NCBI GenBank assembly: GCA_900549895.1
Contig: URQG01000001.1
Coordinates: forward strand, 1 to 44,072
DNA: 44,072 bases
Source: an uncultured Lachnobacterium sp.
GTDB taxonomy: Bacteria; Bacillota; Clostridia; Lachnospirales; Lachnospiraceae
Direction: 5' to 3'
Below the pieces are notes generated by a model, which ran no database searches, had not been told where the DNA came from, and saw nothing but the letters and a program-made list of their open reading frames with translations. Made by a program: the position numbers and the translations under genes. This document shows positions 34,334 to 43,590 of this stretch, piece by piece (within the stretch, counting starts at the first letter, position 1; each line of letters opens with the position of its first letter).

Positions 34334-35860
34334 CTACACGCCTCCCCAAAAACGCTCATTCATACTCCGATAACAAACCGCTTCACTCAGATGGTCGACA
34401 CGAATGTGTTTGCTTTCCTCACAATCTGCAATTGTGCGGGCCACACGAAGAATCTTGTGGTATGTTCTCGCGGTCAGCGACATCTTCTGATACATACCTT
34501 CCATATATTTTTGCTCTTTTCCTCCAAGTGGACAAAACTCTTCCATCCGTGCGGCCGGAATCCGACTATTGTAATGAAATGCCTCATTTCGGTAACGTTC
34601 CTGCTGGATCTGATGACACACAGCAACTCTCTTTTGAATCGCTGCCGAGCTCTCATTATTTCCTTTTCCCGTCAATTCCGTATATGTTACCATCGGTGCT
34701 TCCACACAAATATCAATACGGTCAATCAGCGGCTGCGACACTTTCTGAGCGTAGCGTTGCAATGTATGCGGCGTACAATGGCACTTTTGCATGTCCGGAT
34801 AATAGCCGCAGTTACACGGGTTCATCGACGCAAGAAGCAGAAAATCCGCCGGATAACTTACACTTGTCAAAGCTCGCGTCAGATGGATCTGCCGGTCTTC
34901 CAACGGCTGCCTTAATATCTCAAGCGTTGCCTTATCAAACTCCGTCAGCTCGTCTAAAAACAACACCCCATGATGTGCCAGCGAAATTTCTCCCGGTCTC
35001 GGCACAGCTCCGCCTCCGGTCATTCCCGCGCGCGTCACGGTATGATGAGGGCTTCGAAACGGACGCTTCTGTAATAACGCATTCCGGTTGTTAAGCATTC
35101 CGCACACACTGTATATCTTTGAGAGTTCCAGCTTTTCTTCCTCCGTGAGCGGAGGGAGGATGGTTGCCAGCCGCTCGGAGATCATTGTCTTTCCTGCTCC
35201 CGGAGGACCGACCATAAGAAGATTATGCATACCGCTTGCCGCTACTTCCGCAGCCCGGCGAAGAAACGGTTGTCCATTTACTTCCGCAAAATCCACGCCC
35301 GAAACAGATTCCGCAGACAGCATTGTTAACGCAGGTTTCTCATATGCTCCGCCCCGCAGATATGCAATCACTGCTTCCAGAGAAGAAAATCCATATACGC
35401 TTGCATCTCTGACAAGTTCTCCCTCCGCAAGATTGTCCATCGGGATTATGAAATCCGTATGTACTCCATCCCTGCATCCATCCGATACAACCGGGAGGAT
35501 TCCATTTACCGGAAGAAGTTGTCCGTTTAAATTCAGTTCTCCCACAAACACTTTTTGCCTGCTACACATTTCATCCAACACACCGATTGCACTAAGCAAT
35601 GCCACAGCAATCGGCAGATCAAATCCTGTTCCGGTCTTTCGGACATTGCCCGGAGACAGGTTGATCGTAATGCGTTTTGCCGGAAGCGACACCCCGCAAT
35701 TGTGCAGTGCCGTGCGCACGCGCTCCTTTGCTTCCCTGACCTCGGAAGACAGATAACCTACCATCTCAAAGGCCGGCAATCCTGTGCTGATATCCACTTC
35801 TACCTGTACCGGAACCGCACGGATACCACACAACATAGAAGTCATAACTGTACTGTACAT
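34334..35860 (-). CDS. comM: ComM/YifB Mg-chelatase-like AAA+ ATPase
   Basis: EVREAKERVR, FDLPIA, GPPGAGKT, PFRSPHH, PGEISLAHHGVLFLDE, ARTIAD; start MYSTV after GAGGTG. Confidence 0.95.
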   Translation of the reverse strand: MYSTVMTSMLCGIRAVPVQVEVDISTGLPAFEMVGYLSSEVREAKERVRTALHNCGVSLPAKRITINLSPGNVRKTGTGFDLPIAVALLSAIGVLDEMCSRQKVFVGELNLNGQLLPVNGILPVVSDGCRDGVHTDFIIPMDNLAEGELVRDASVYGFSSLEAVIAYLRGGAYEKPALTMLSAESVSGVDFAEVNGQPFLRRAAEVAASGMHNLLMVGPPGAGKTMISERLATILPPLTEEEKLELSKIYSVCGMLNNRNALLQKRPFRSPHHTVTRAGMTGGGAVPRPGEISLAHHGVLFLDELTEFDKATLEILRQPLEDRQIHLTRALTSVSYPADFLLLASMNPCNCGYYPDMQKCHCTPHTLQRYAQKVSQPLIDRIDICVEAPMVTYTELTGKGNNESSAAIQKRVAVCHQIQQERYRNEAFHYNSRIPAARMEEFCPLGGKEQKYMEGMYQKMSLTARTYHKILRVARTIADCEESKHIRVDHLSEAVCYRSMNERFWGGV

Positions 35861-35904
35861 ATTCACCTCATTCCAACTGTTGGGAAATGTGCATCGATGG
35901 ATGC

Positions 35905-35952
35905 ATGAAAAAAAGATGAACTCATCATATCACAGAATTCATCTTTTTTCAT
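35905..35952. terminator. Terminator-like hairpin after sigK
   Basis: ATGAAAAAAAGATGAA...TTCATCTTTTTTCAT inverted repeat with A/T tracts on both sides. Confidence 0.65.
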
Positions 35953-35961
35953 CTAAAATTT

Positions 35962-36588
35962 TTATGAACATCCCACAAAATTTTTCAGTTTATCAAGCGC
36001 CTTCTTCTCTATACGCGAGACATACGATCGTGAGATGCCAAGTCCCTTTGAAATTTCCCTCTGGGTACACTCTTTCTCTCCAAATAACCCATATCGCCTA
36101 CTTATAATATAATACTCACGCTCACTTAGAATATTCCTGATGTTCTTTCGGATCTGTTCCATCTGCGCTCTTTTTTGAACATCCTCCACAACATTGGCGT
36201 CATGATATTCAAGTACATCAACAAGTTGTATCTGATTACCTTCTTTATCTATCCCGATCGGTTCAAATAAAGAGACCTCTCCCCTCATCTTCTTCTTACT
36301 GCGAAAATGCATCAGCATCTCATTATCGATGCACCGTATCGCATACGTTGCGAATCGACTTCCATAATCCGGTTTGAAGCTGTCTGCCGCCTTAAGAAGT
36401 CCAATCGTTCCGATCGAGATCAGATCCTCCGCATCTTCCCCCGAACTTACATATTTTTTTGCTACATGGGCTACAAGGCGCATATTGTGCAGAATCAGTT
36501 CTTCCTTTGCCGTCTGCTCACCGCTTTGCCATCGCTTAAGACAGTCCGCTTCCTCTTCCGGTGACAGTGGAACCAAAAATGTTTTCAC
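35962..36588 (-). CDS. sigK: Sporulation sigma factor SigK-like, no pro-sequence
   Basis: HNMRLVAHVAKKY, EDLISIGTIGLLKA, ATYAIRCIDNEMLMHFR, GIDKEGN, TQREI...ISRSYVSRIEKKAL. GTG start at 36588 after AAAGGTG. Confidence 0.88.
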   Translation of the reverse strand: MKTFLVPLSPEEEADCLKRWQSGEQTAKEELILHNMRLVAHVAKKYVSSGEDAEDLISIGTIGLLKAADSFKPDYGSRFATYAIRCIDNEMLMHFRSKKKMRGEVSLFEPIGIDKEGNQIQLVDVLEYHDANVVEDVQKRAQMEQIRKNIRNILSEREYYIISRRYGLFGEKECTQREISKGLGISRSYVSRIEKKALDKLKNFVGCS

Positions 36589-36615
36589 GCAGCACCTTTT
36601 TGCATTGCTTTCTAT

Positions 36616-36644
36616 ATTGTATGAAAAGATACAAAATCTCGTGC
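36616..36644 (-). promoter_or_regulatory. Mother-cell sigma (SigK/SigE)-type promoter upstream of sigK
   Basis: GCAC-17 bp-CATACAAT on the minus strand. Confidence 0.6.
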
Positions 36645-36677
36645 TTTTCCCCCGTAAAAACGTACAAGGCACTGTAA

Positions 36678-37277
36678 CTACAGCGCCTTGATTCTTTGAT
36701 CCAATTCTTTTTTTTCATAAGGGACTTTGCCCTTTAACACTTCATTTTTTACAAAAGCAAATGTTTCTTTCTCCCCTCGCACCGCAAGCATCGTAAGCAG
36801 ATAACGAAGCAGTGCTTCCGTGTCCTCGTGGATCAGATAATGATCCTTTCCGTGCTCGAAATACTCAAGCGGACTGCGATCCGTGTAGTTCTCCTTCTGA
36901 TAATTCTTCGATGCACTCATACGGTCGATAAACATCTCCACTACATACTTGAGCGGCATCTTCATCCCCGCCATACCGCCGTGCACCTTGCCGGACTTCT
37001 GATCTCCCACCGCGTAATCGATCCAATACTCCAAATGATGCTTGTTGCGTCCCTTATGGTGCAGCCACGCCGAAGAATAACCAAGATCCTTGCGCTCCGC
37101 ATTATTCGGGCTCATCGTACCCTGATAATACTTGCAGCCGACCCGAAACTCTGTCGGCGAATATTTCGACAGATCGTGCAGCAGTCCCTGCTTATATAAA
37201 CCGACTTTAAAGCAACCTGCCATAACCAGATTCTTATGTCTTGTGATCGTCACAAAATGTTTCCACACATTACCCAT
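36678..37277 (-). CDS. HD-motif putative metal-dependent hydrolase (DUF5662-like)
   Basis: LLHDLSKYS, WLHHKGRNKHHLEYW, EMFIDR; 3 bp downstream of the glgX-like gene. Confidence 0.75.
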   Translation of the reverse strand: MGNVWKHFVTITRHKNLVMAGCFKVGLYKQGLLHDLSKYSPTEFRVGCKYYQGTMSPNNAERKDLGYSSAWLHHKGRNKHHLEYWIDYAVGDQKSGKVHGGMAGMKMPLKYVVEMFIDRMSASKNYQKENYTDRSPLEYFEHGKDHYLIHEDTEALLRYLLTMLAVRGEKETFAFVKNEVLKGKVPYEKKELDQRIKAL

Positions 37278-37280
37278 GTC

Positions 37281-39197
37281 TTACTTTTCCCTGCCTTGTT
37301 CTTTTTTGCCTGCCGCTTTCTTTTTGTGATGCGGTATTTCTTTTCCTGCCAGCACGCGGATTGTCTGTGGCGGAAGCGTGATCATGCCATCCTTCCACAC
37401 ATTCGGTTTCGTCAGATACGGCATTTTCTCATCCGAGCTGTCGATCGTCAGATACCACTCGCGGTGCTTTCCTACTTTCGGGAGTGCCAATGTCGTCTCC
37501 GATGATGAAAAATTGTATGCCACATATACATCCTCCTGGCGCAATTCGTCATCCGAATATGCCCCGCAGTATAACATGCCAAGGGAAAGCCCGCCCCCTT
37601 GCGGACGTACCATCCATGCACTCTCCCCATGAAACGACAGATCCGGACAGCCAAGAGATTTATAATCACAAAACTGAAATGGCATCGGATTGGATAAAAT
37701 CGGATGTTCTCTTCGGAACTGAGCCACAGCCTCGACAAACTGCTTCTGCTCCCTATGTGCTCTCTCTGTTTTCCAGTTTATCCAACCGATTGCATTATCC
37801 TGACAGTACGCATTATTGTTGCCCGCCTGCGAATTTCCAAATTCATCACCGCTCCACAGAAGAGGAACCCCCTGTGCCATCAAGATCATCAGTATCGCAT
37901 TCCGCCACTGCTTCTTACGCAGGCGATTGATGTATCGCTTTGCGGTCGGACCTTCCACACCATAATTATTGCTGAAATTCCACGCGTTTCCGTCACAATT
38001 ATTTTCTCCGTTGCCTTCATTATGACGTTCATTGTACATAAACAGATCCGCCAGTGTAAATCCGTTATTGTCCGAGATATAATTCACAAACCCAAGCACA
38101 CTTCCCTGCTTGCGCTGCTGATCAATAAACTCATCCAGGTCATAACCAAAATGATTGAGCATCTTGCGCGCAGGATACTGGTATTCATCTTTATACACAA
38201 AAAGATTACGATAGTTGCGTGGCTCATCCCCAGCCTCGCCGAAATCCGTATAGAAAATTTTCGTCCGGCTCAGCCGTTTGTCCTGTGCAATTGCCGTCAT
38301 GGGGAGATTCTCTCCAAGCAGATGAAACCCATCCACATGATACTCCATCACCCAGAAACGGAGTGCTGCAAGGATCAGATTCTGGTCCGTCCCTTCCGGG
38401 AAAAAGAACTCCATCACACACTCCATTCCGTGCTGGTGCAGCTTTCGGATAAGTGCTTTATACTCCTGTGAAGCCTTACTTACATTCTTCGCGTAAGAAG
38501 ACTTGACTGCGAAATAATTTCCCTTGGTATAGCCCCAGAAATTCAACTTCGGCAGTATCTTCTCCGTCTCCGGCGGAGCAATCATATCTTCAGCTTCCGC
38601 CTCCCATTGAATATAATCCGGCAACACTTTGTCCTCCGGGAAAATGCGTTCTTCAAACTCATACACCGGCATCAGTTCCACGGTCGTTACACCAAGACTT
38701 TCCAAATACGGAATTCTTGCACTGAGTGCCGAAAATGTTCCATTTGATGTGCTTTTAGCTGCATCCATTGTAAAGCCGCGCACATGTAACTTGTACATGA
38801 ACATCTGAGAGCGATCAATCTCAGGCGCATGATCATCTCCCCAGGCAAAATCGGTTGTAACAAAAGCCCCAAACACATCGTTCTTCGTGTGCGCCTCATC
38901 ATTCCAGACTTCTCGTCCCACAATCCGGCACGCATACGGATCGATGATTCTCTTACCGTTGACTTCATACACATAAAGCAACTCTTCTGTTTTTAAATTT
39001 TCCACAGCAATGGAACGCAGTGATCCCATACAATATTCCTCAGGAACCACTATTTGATTAACAACTTCTTTGTCTTTATTTATAAGTACAACGCTGCAAC
39101 GATCTTCTTTCTCACCCTCAAACGTAAAGACCGTCCACTTTCCCAGCTGCTGAACTCCTTGTTTTTCGTAATTTCCCTCTTTGATCTTATAATCCAT
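37281..39197 (-). CDS. GH13 GlgX/isoamylase-like protein with degenerate catalytic residues
   Basis: LHVRGFT, VELMPV, NFWGY, HVDGF, GFTLADL..YNERHNEGNGE, QGVP, GDEF, GNNNAYCQD are present; the catalytic D/E/D positions are substituted. Confidence 0.9.
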   Translation of the reverse strand: MDYKIKEGNYEKQGVQQLGKWTVFTFEGEKEDRCSVVLINKDKEVVNQIVVPEEYCMGSLRSIAVENLKTEELLYVYEVNGKRIIDPYACRIVGREVWNDEAHTKNDVFGAFVTTDFAWGDDHAPEIDRSQMFMYKLHVRGFTMDAAKSTSNGTFSALSARIPYLESLGVTTVELMPVYEFEERIFPEDKVLPDYIQWEAEAEDMIAPPETEKILPKLNFWGYTKGNYFAVKSSYAKNVSKASQEYKALIRKLHQHGMECVMEFFFPEGTDQNLILAALRFWVMEYHVDGFHLLGENLPMTAIAQDKRLSRTKIFYTDFGEAGDEPRNYRNLFVYKDEYQYPARKMLNHFGYDLDEFIDQQRKQGSVLGFVNYISDNNGFTLADLFMYNERHNEGNGENNCDGNAWNFSNNYGVEGPTAKRYINRLRKKQWRNAILMILMAQGVPLLWSGDEFGNSQAGNNNAYCQDNAIGWINWKTERAHREQKQFVEAVAQFRREHPILSNPMPFQFCDYKSLGCPDLSFHGESAWMVRPQGGGLSLGMLYCGAYSDDELRQEDVYVAYNFSSSETTLALPKVGKHREWYLTIDSSDEKMPYLTKPNVWKDGMITLPPQTIRVLAGKEIPHHKKKAAGKKEQGREK

Positions 39198-39239
39198 TCT
39201 CTACCGCCATATCTATGATGTCATTGATTTCATTTGTAA

Positions 39240-39268
39240 ATTATACCTTTTTTTGCTGTCTTTGTATA
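39240..39268 (-). promoter_or_regulatory. Putative sigma-A promoter for the glgX-like gene
   Basis: TATACA-17 bp-TATAAT on the minus strand. Confidence 0.5.
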
Positions 39269-39301
39269 CTCCAAGCTCCCATCTTTTTCATCCGGCTTTC
39301 A

Positions 39302-39330
39302 TTGACAAGCCAATCGGTACTCTATATAAT
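39302..39330 (+). promoter_or_regulatory. Consensus sigma-A promoter for the DUF1292 gene
   Basis: TTGACA-17 bp-TATAAT, a perfect consensus match. Confidence 0.9.
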
Positions 39331-39371
39331 GAAACAAAACAATGAAGAAACCGATTCAGAAAGGGGACAAT

Positions 39372-39695
39372 ATGGCGAATCACGAGAAAGCAACACCGGT
39401 TACGCCGGAAGAAGCAGATGACATCCGTGTTACATTAGAATTAGACGAAGGCGAAGTGGAATGTTCTATCCTTACCATCTTTGAAGCAGGCGGACGCGAT
39501 TATATCGCTTTAATGCCACAGGATAAACAGGGAAACGAGACAGGCGATGTATATCTGTACCGTTACTCTGAGGATGAAGAAGGACTTCCGAGCATCGATC
39601 CGATTGAAAGCGACGAAGAATATGAGATTGCAGCCGACAAATTCGATGAATTCTTAGATGATAACATGTTCGACACAATGGATGACGATGAATAA
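39372..39695 (+). CDS. Acidic DUF1292-like protein
   Basis: VTLELDEGEVECSILTIFEAGGRDYIALMP...IESDEEYE pattern; AAAGGGG SD; has its own promoter and terminator. Confidence 0.85.
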   Translation: MANHEKATPVTPEEADDIRVTLELDEGEVECSILTIFEAGGRDYIALMPQDKQGNETGDVYLYRYSEDEEGLPSIDPIESDEEYEIAADKFDEFLDDNMFDTMDDDE

Positions 39696-39698
39696 GAT

Positions 39699-39739
39699 GT
39701 AAAAAGACGCTGAGAGCTTATGCTCCCAGCGTTTTTTAC
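39699..39739. terminator. Bidirectional terminator between convergent DUF1292 and helicase genes
   Basis: GTAAAAAGACGCTGAGAGC-TTAT-GCTCCCAGCGTTTTTTAC. Confidence 0.85.
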
Positions 39740-39754
39740 TTTCATGTTTCCTGA

Positions 39755-41620
39755 TTATTTAGAGTTTCTATCCTCTTTCATGTCCGGTGCGATCTGTGCT
39801 CCTGCTTCCCGAAGAAATCTTGAGATCTCCACTTCTTTATTTCGAATATTTTTGACGGAACAAAGCGTCAAATGTTCCTTTGCGCGCGTCATTCCAACAT
39901 AGAAAAGACGTCGTTCTTCCTCAATATCCGGCTCAAGTACCGCTTTCTTATACGGCGTCATTCCCTCATTGACATCAATCAGGTACACCCGCTCAAACTC
40001 CAGTCCCTTCGCGCTGTGGAGTGTTGCAAGGGTGACTGCATCCCCCATATCCGCCCGCTTCTTTGCAAGAAGCTCCAGTTCCTTCTTATAATCTTCGATA
40101 TGCGTAAACCACGCTTCGAGCGTCTTGTATCCCTTCGCACTGCTTTGGATTTCATCCGCTATCTCATAGAGATCTTCCTTGTTGATATTGCGGTACGCGG
40201 CGTAATCCGCGATATAATCATCGTACTCGATTCCCCGCCGGATAAAATTGATTGCCGCATATGGACTGAGAGAATTCAAAATCCTCGTGTCATGCCAAAG
40301 TTTCTCGATGCGCTCCGCGATCCACGGCTGTTCATCATACATTTTCATCCACTCGTCAAACGCCACCTCCGGCTCACACAGACTGTTACGCCCGATATAA
40401 CGGTTCGGTTTGTTCATGATTGTCAGAAAATCGGCGCGTTTCGTACTCCCCTGCGCGATCCGTATGTAGGTCAGAAAATCCTTTGCGATCCAGTGCTCAT
40501 AGAGATTCGGAATCTTATCTCTCGTTGTAAATGCCAGATTCGCCGACATCATCTGCTCCATCAGAAGCCTCGGCTGCAGGTTCGTCCGGAAAAGCACCGC
40601 AATCTCTGAGAGAGGGGTTCCTTCCCGCTTCGCCCTGGCAATCTCCTCTATGATAAACTGATTTTCCTGGCGCTGCTCCTCAAACTGAAAAAAGCGTACC
40701 GACTCTCCATCCTTCTTTTCTGCCCGGATTTTCTTATCAAATCGTTTCTTATTATGAGCGATCAGATTGCCCGCCGCCGCAACGATTGCCGGTGTGCACC
40801 GGTAATTCTGTTCGAGGGTCACAACTTTGGCATCCGGATACACTTTCTGAAACGAGAGCATGATTTCCGGCTTCGAACCGCGGAAACGATAGATCGACTG
40901 GTCATCGTCCCCCACAACAAACAGATTATTCATCGGCTGCGCCATCAAGCGCACAATATCATACTGGATCTGGTTGATATCCTGAAATTCATCCACGAGG
41001 ATATACGGATAGCGCTTTTGCCACGCCGAAAGAATATCTTTTCTCTGTGCGAACAGTTCGTAGGTATAAGTAAGCATGTCGTCAAAATCGATCAGTCGAT
41101 TCTGTGAAAGCCGCCTCGCATATGCCTGATAAATCTTGCGAAACACGTCCTCCCCACAGTGGCTGGAATAAAAATGATCCAGCGGAATCCGCTCATTTTT
41201 CACTCTGCTGATGTCCGCAAACAGATCACTGATAAACTCATTCTCATCCTGGTACTCCAGATGATGATACGACAGAATCTCACGCATAAACTGATAGCGC
41301 TGCTCATCCGTAACAATATTGCTGCTCTCAAAATGATACGCGTATTTAAGCACCATAAAAAAGATGGCGTGGAATGTTCCAAACGTCACCTGTGTACGAT
41401 CCGTCCCTGTTGCTGCCAGAAATCGCTGCTTCATCTCCTGTGCCGCGGCGCGGGTAAATGTGATAACCAGAATATTGGACGGCTTCACATTGTGCTGCTC
41501 GATTAAATTGATGGTTCGCTGGGTGATAACTGCGGTCTTACCCGATCCGGGTCCCGCAAGAACAAGCATCGGGCCATCCTTGTGTCGGATGGCCTCCTGC
41601 TGTGATTTGCTGTAATTCAT
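39755..41620 (-). CDS. UvrD/PcrA-family SF1A DNA helicase
   Basis: AGPGSGKT, TFH, VDEFQD, VGDDDQSIYRFRG, LEQNYR, TLHSAKGLEF, EERRLFYVGMTRAK. Confidence 0.96.
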   Translation of the reverse strand: MNYSKSQQEAIRHKDGPMLVLAGPGSGKTAVITQRTINLIEQHNVKPSNILVITFTRAAAQEMKQRFLAATGTDRTQVTFGTFHAIFFMVLKYAYHFESSNIVTDEQRYQFMREILSYHHLEYQDENEFISDLFADISRVKNERIPLDHFYSSHCGEDVFRKIYQAYARRLSQNRLIDFDDMLTYTYELFAQRKDILSAWQKRYPYILVDEFQDINQIQYDIVRLMAQPMNNLFVVGDDDQSIYRFRGSKPEIMLSFQKVYPDAKVVTLEQNYRCTPAIVAAAGNLIAHNKKRFDKKIRAEKKDGESVRFFQFEEQRQENQFIIEEIARAKREGTPLSEIAVLFRTNLQPRLLMEQMMSANLAFTTRDKIPNLYEHWIAKDFLTYIRIAQGSTKRADFLTIMNKPNRYIGRNSLCEPEVAFDEWMKMYDEQPWIAERIEKLWHDTRILNSLSPYAAINFIRRGIEYDDYIADYAAYRNINKEDLYEIADEIQSSAKGYKTLEAWFTHIEDYKKELELLAKKRADMGDAVTLATLHSAKGLEFERVYLIDVNEGMTPYKKAVLEPDIEEERRLFYVGMTRAKEHLTLCSVKNIRNKEVEISRFLREAGAQIAPDMKEDRNSK

Positions 41621-41633
41621 AGTACCTCTGTCA

Positions 41634-43094
41634 TTATGCCTGTGCTGCTTTCAGAAGCTCGATTCCCTTGCGGATACGATCTAGAGACTCTTCCTTGCCA
41701 AGAACTTCCATCAGCTCGGTCGCACCGCCCGGTGTCATCTGCTTGCCGGATACTGCGGTACGGATCGGCCACATAACATAACCGTTCTTGCAGCCCTTCT
41801 CCTCTACATACTTAAGGAGTGTCGCATACAGTGCATCGTTACTGTAATCATCCTGCTTCTCAAGAATCGGAAGAACCTCTGTCAATACTTCAAGGGAAGT
41901 CTGGGCATTCGTCTTCATCTTCTTGTGAGTGTACATTGCCACATCATATTCCGGCAGTTTCTCGAAGAAATCAATGTGCTCGCGGATATCCGGGAATATC
42001 TCGATACGTGTCTGTACCATCTTCGCAATCTTCTTAAGATCATAATCCTTTGTGATCACTTCCTTGATGTATGGTAATGCCTTCTCGTAGAAGGCGTCAA
42101 AATCCATCTTCTTGATGTATTCGCCGTTCATCCACTTCAGCTTCGTGTAATCGAATACTGCAGGGGACTTGTTCATATGATGATAATCGAATTTGGCAAC
42201 CAGCTCATCCAGTGACATGATCTCCTGGTTATCTGCCGGGCTCCATCCGAGCAATGCGACAAAGTTTACAATTGCTTCGGTCAGAAATCCCTGCTCTACA
42301 AGATCCTCAAACGAAGAATGTCCGCATCTCTTGGAAAGCTTCTGGTGATTCTCATCTGTGATCAGCGGGCAGTGAATGTATACCGGTACATCCCATCCGA
42401 ATGCCTCATAAAGACGATTGTACTTCGGTGAGGAAGACAGATACTCGTTACCACGTACAACGTGTGTGATTCCCATAAGATGATCGTCCACAACATTTGC
42501 AAAATTATAGGTCGGATATCCATCGGACTTGATCAGGATCATATCGTCCAGTTCTGCATTATCAACGGTAATATCCCCGTAGATCTCATCCTCGAATGTC
42601 GTTGTGCCCTCTGTCGGGTTATTCTGACGGATGACATACGGAATTCCCGCCGCAAGCTTCTCCTCTACTTCTTCCTTGGACAGATGCAGGCAGTGCTTGT
42701 CATAAACCGAAATCTCTTTTCCTGCTACCGTCTTCTTTAAACTCTCAAGACGCTCCTTGTCACAGAAACAGTAATATGCTTCGCCTTTTTCAATGAGTTT
42801 CTTGGCATACTCTAAGTAGATGCCCTGTGCCTGACGCTCACTCTGTACATACGGACCGCATCCGCCGTCCTTATCCGGTCCCTCATCATGGATGAGACCG
42901 GTCTCAGCCAGTGTGCGGTAAATGATATCGACCGCGCCTTCCACATAACGCTCCTGATCGGTATCTTCTATTCTTAAGATGAAATCACCGCCCTCATGCT
43001 TCGTGATAAGGTACGCATATAATGCGGTACGAAGATTTCCTACATGCATTCTTCCTGTCGGACTTGGTGCAAATCTGGTTCTCACTTTACTCAT
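41634..43094 (-). CDS. gltX: Glutamate--tRNA ligase
   Basis: [24 protein letters not shown]; start MSKVRT at 43094 after AAGGAG. Confidence 0.98.
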   Translation of the reverse strand: MSKVRTRFAPSPTGRMHVGNLRTALYAYLITKHEGGDFILRIEDTDQERYVEGAVDIIYRTLAETGLIHDEGPDKDGGCGPYVQSERQAQGIYLEYAKKLIEKGEAYYCFCDKERLESLKKTVAGKEISVYDKHCLHLSKEEVEEKLAAGIPYVIRQNNPTEGTTTFEDEIYGDITVDNAELDDMILIKSDGYPTYNFANVVDDHLMGITHVVRGNEYLSSSPKYNRLYEAFGWDVPVYIHCPLITDENHQKLSKRCGHSSFEDLVEQGFLTEAIVNFVALLGWSPADNQEIMSLDELVAKFDYHHMNKSPAVFDYTKLKWMNGEYIKKMDFDAFYEKALPYIKEVITKDYDLKKIAKMVQTRIEIFPDIREHIDFFEKLPEYDVAMYTHKKMKTNAQTSLEVLTEVLPILEKQDDYSNDALYATLLKYVEEKGCKNGYVMWPIRTAVSGKQMTPGGATELMEVLGKEESLDRIRKGIELLKAAQA

Positions 43095-43127
43095 TGCAAT
43101 GTTCTCTCCTTTTTTGTCATAACGTGT

Positions 43128-43156
43128 ATTATACACCATAAAAGGTGTAATCGCAA
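43128..43156 (-). promoter_or_regulatory. Putative sigma-A promoter of gltX
   Basis: TTGCGA-17 bp-TATAAT, about 35 nt upstream of the start. Confidence 0.75.
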
Positions 43157-43276
43157 CGTGGAATGCACCATATTGATCTTTTCTCTTTACAGCTTCTTTG
43201 TAAACCTGTTCATCCGTTCTTGCACAATTGAATTGTTGTTAAACCAAAAGGCATTTTTTAAGAAGATCACACTTCA

Positions 43277-43567
43277 TTATCCCTGCTTGCCGTCCGCCTG
43301 ACGTATCATATCTTCCACAACGATGTCATAGATCTCACCGACGGAGTTGCAATACTCCAGAATCTTCCACGGCTCGTTGGTATGGAAATGAATCTTAACC
43401 AGATCCTCATCTCCCGCTGCGATCAGGCTGTTGCCCTCAAAATGATCGGTGATGTAATCGGCGATCTCATCCTCATCGAGATCCTTGTCTCTCTTATCGA
43501 TCAAAAGCTGCGTATCATAGCGATATGCAAACTGATCGTCTTCTGCATCAATTGACTGAATTGCCAT
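43277..43567 (-). CDS. Stand-alone homolog of the FakA/DAK2 middle domain
   Basis: YDTQ...GNSLIAAGDEDLVKIHFHTNEPWKILEY...GEIYDIVVEDM resembles the FakA YCTE...GDS..V.HVHT segment. GGAGG SD before ATG 43567. Confidence 0.75.
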   Translation of the reverse strand: MAIQSIDAEDDQFAYRYDTQLLIDKRDKDLDEDEIADYITDHFEGNSLIAAGDEDLVKIHFHTNEPWKILEYCNSVGEIYDIVVEDMIRQADGKQG

Positions 43568-43590
43568 CTTTTTGTCCTCCATAATGAACA

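Noticed and set aside
37928..37939. 12-nt match (TGATGTATCGCT) to the repeat half-site inside the glgX-like gene
   Set aside because: It is a single half-site in coding sequence with no partner arm, so probably chance.
43095..43276. T-box leader for gltX
   Set aside because: No AAGGTGGNACC T-box motif is visible, and the promoter lies only about 35 nt from the start codon.
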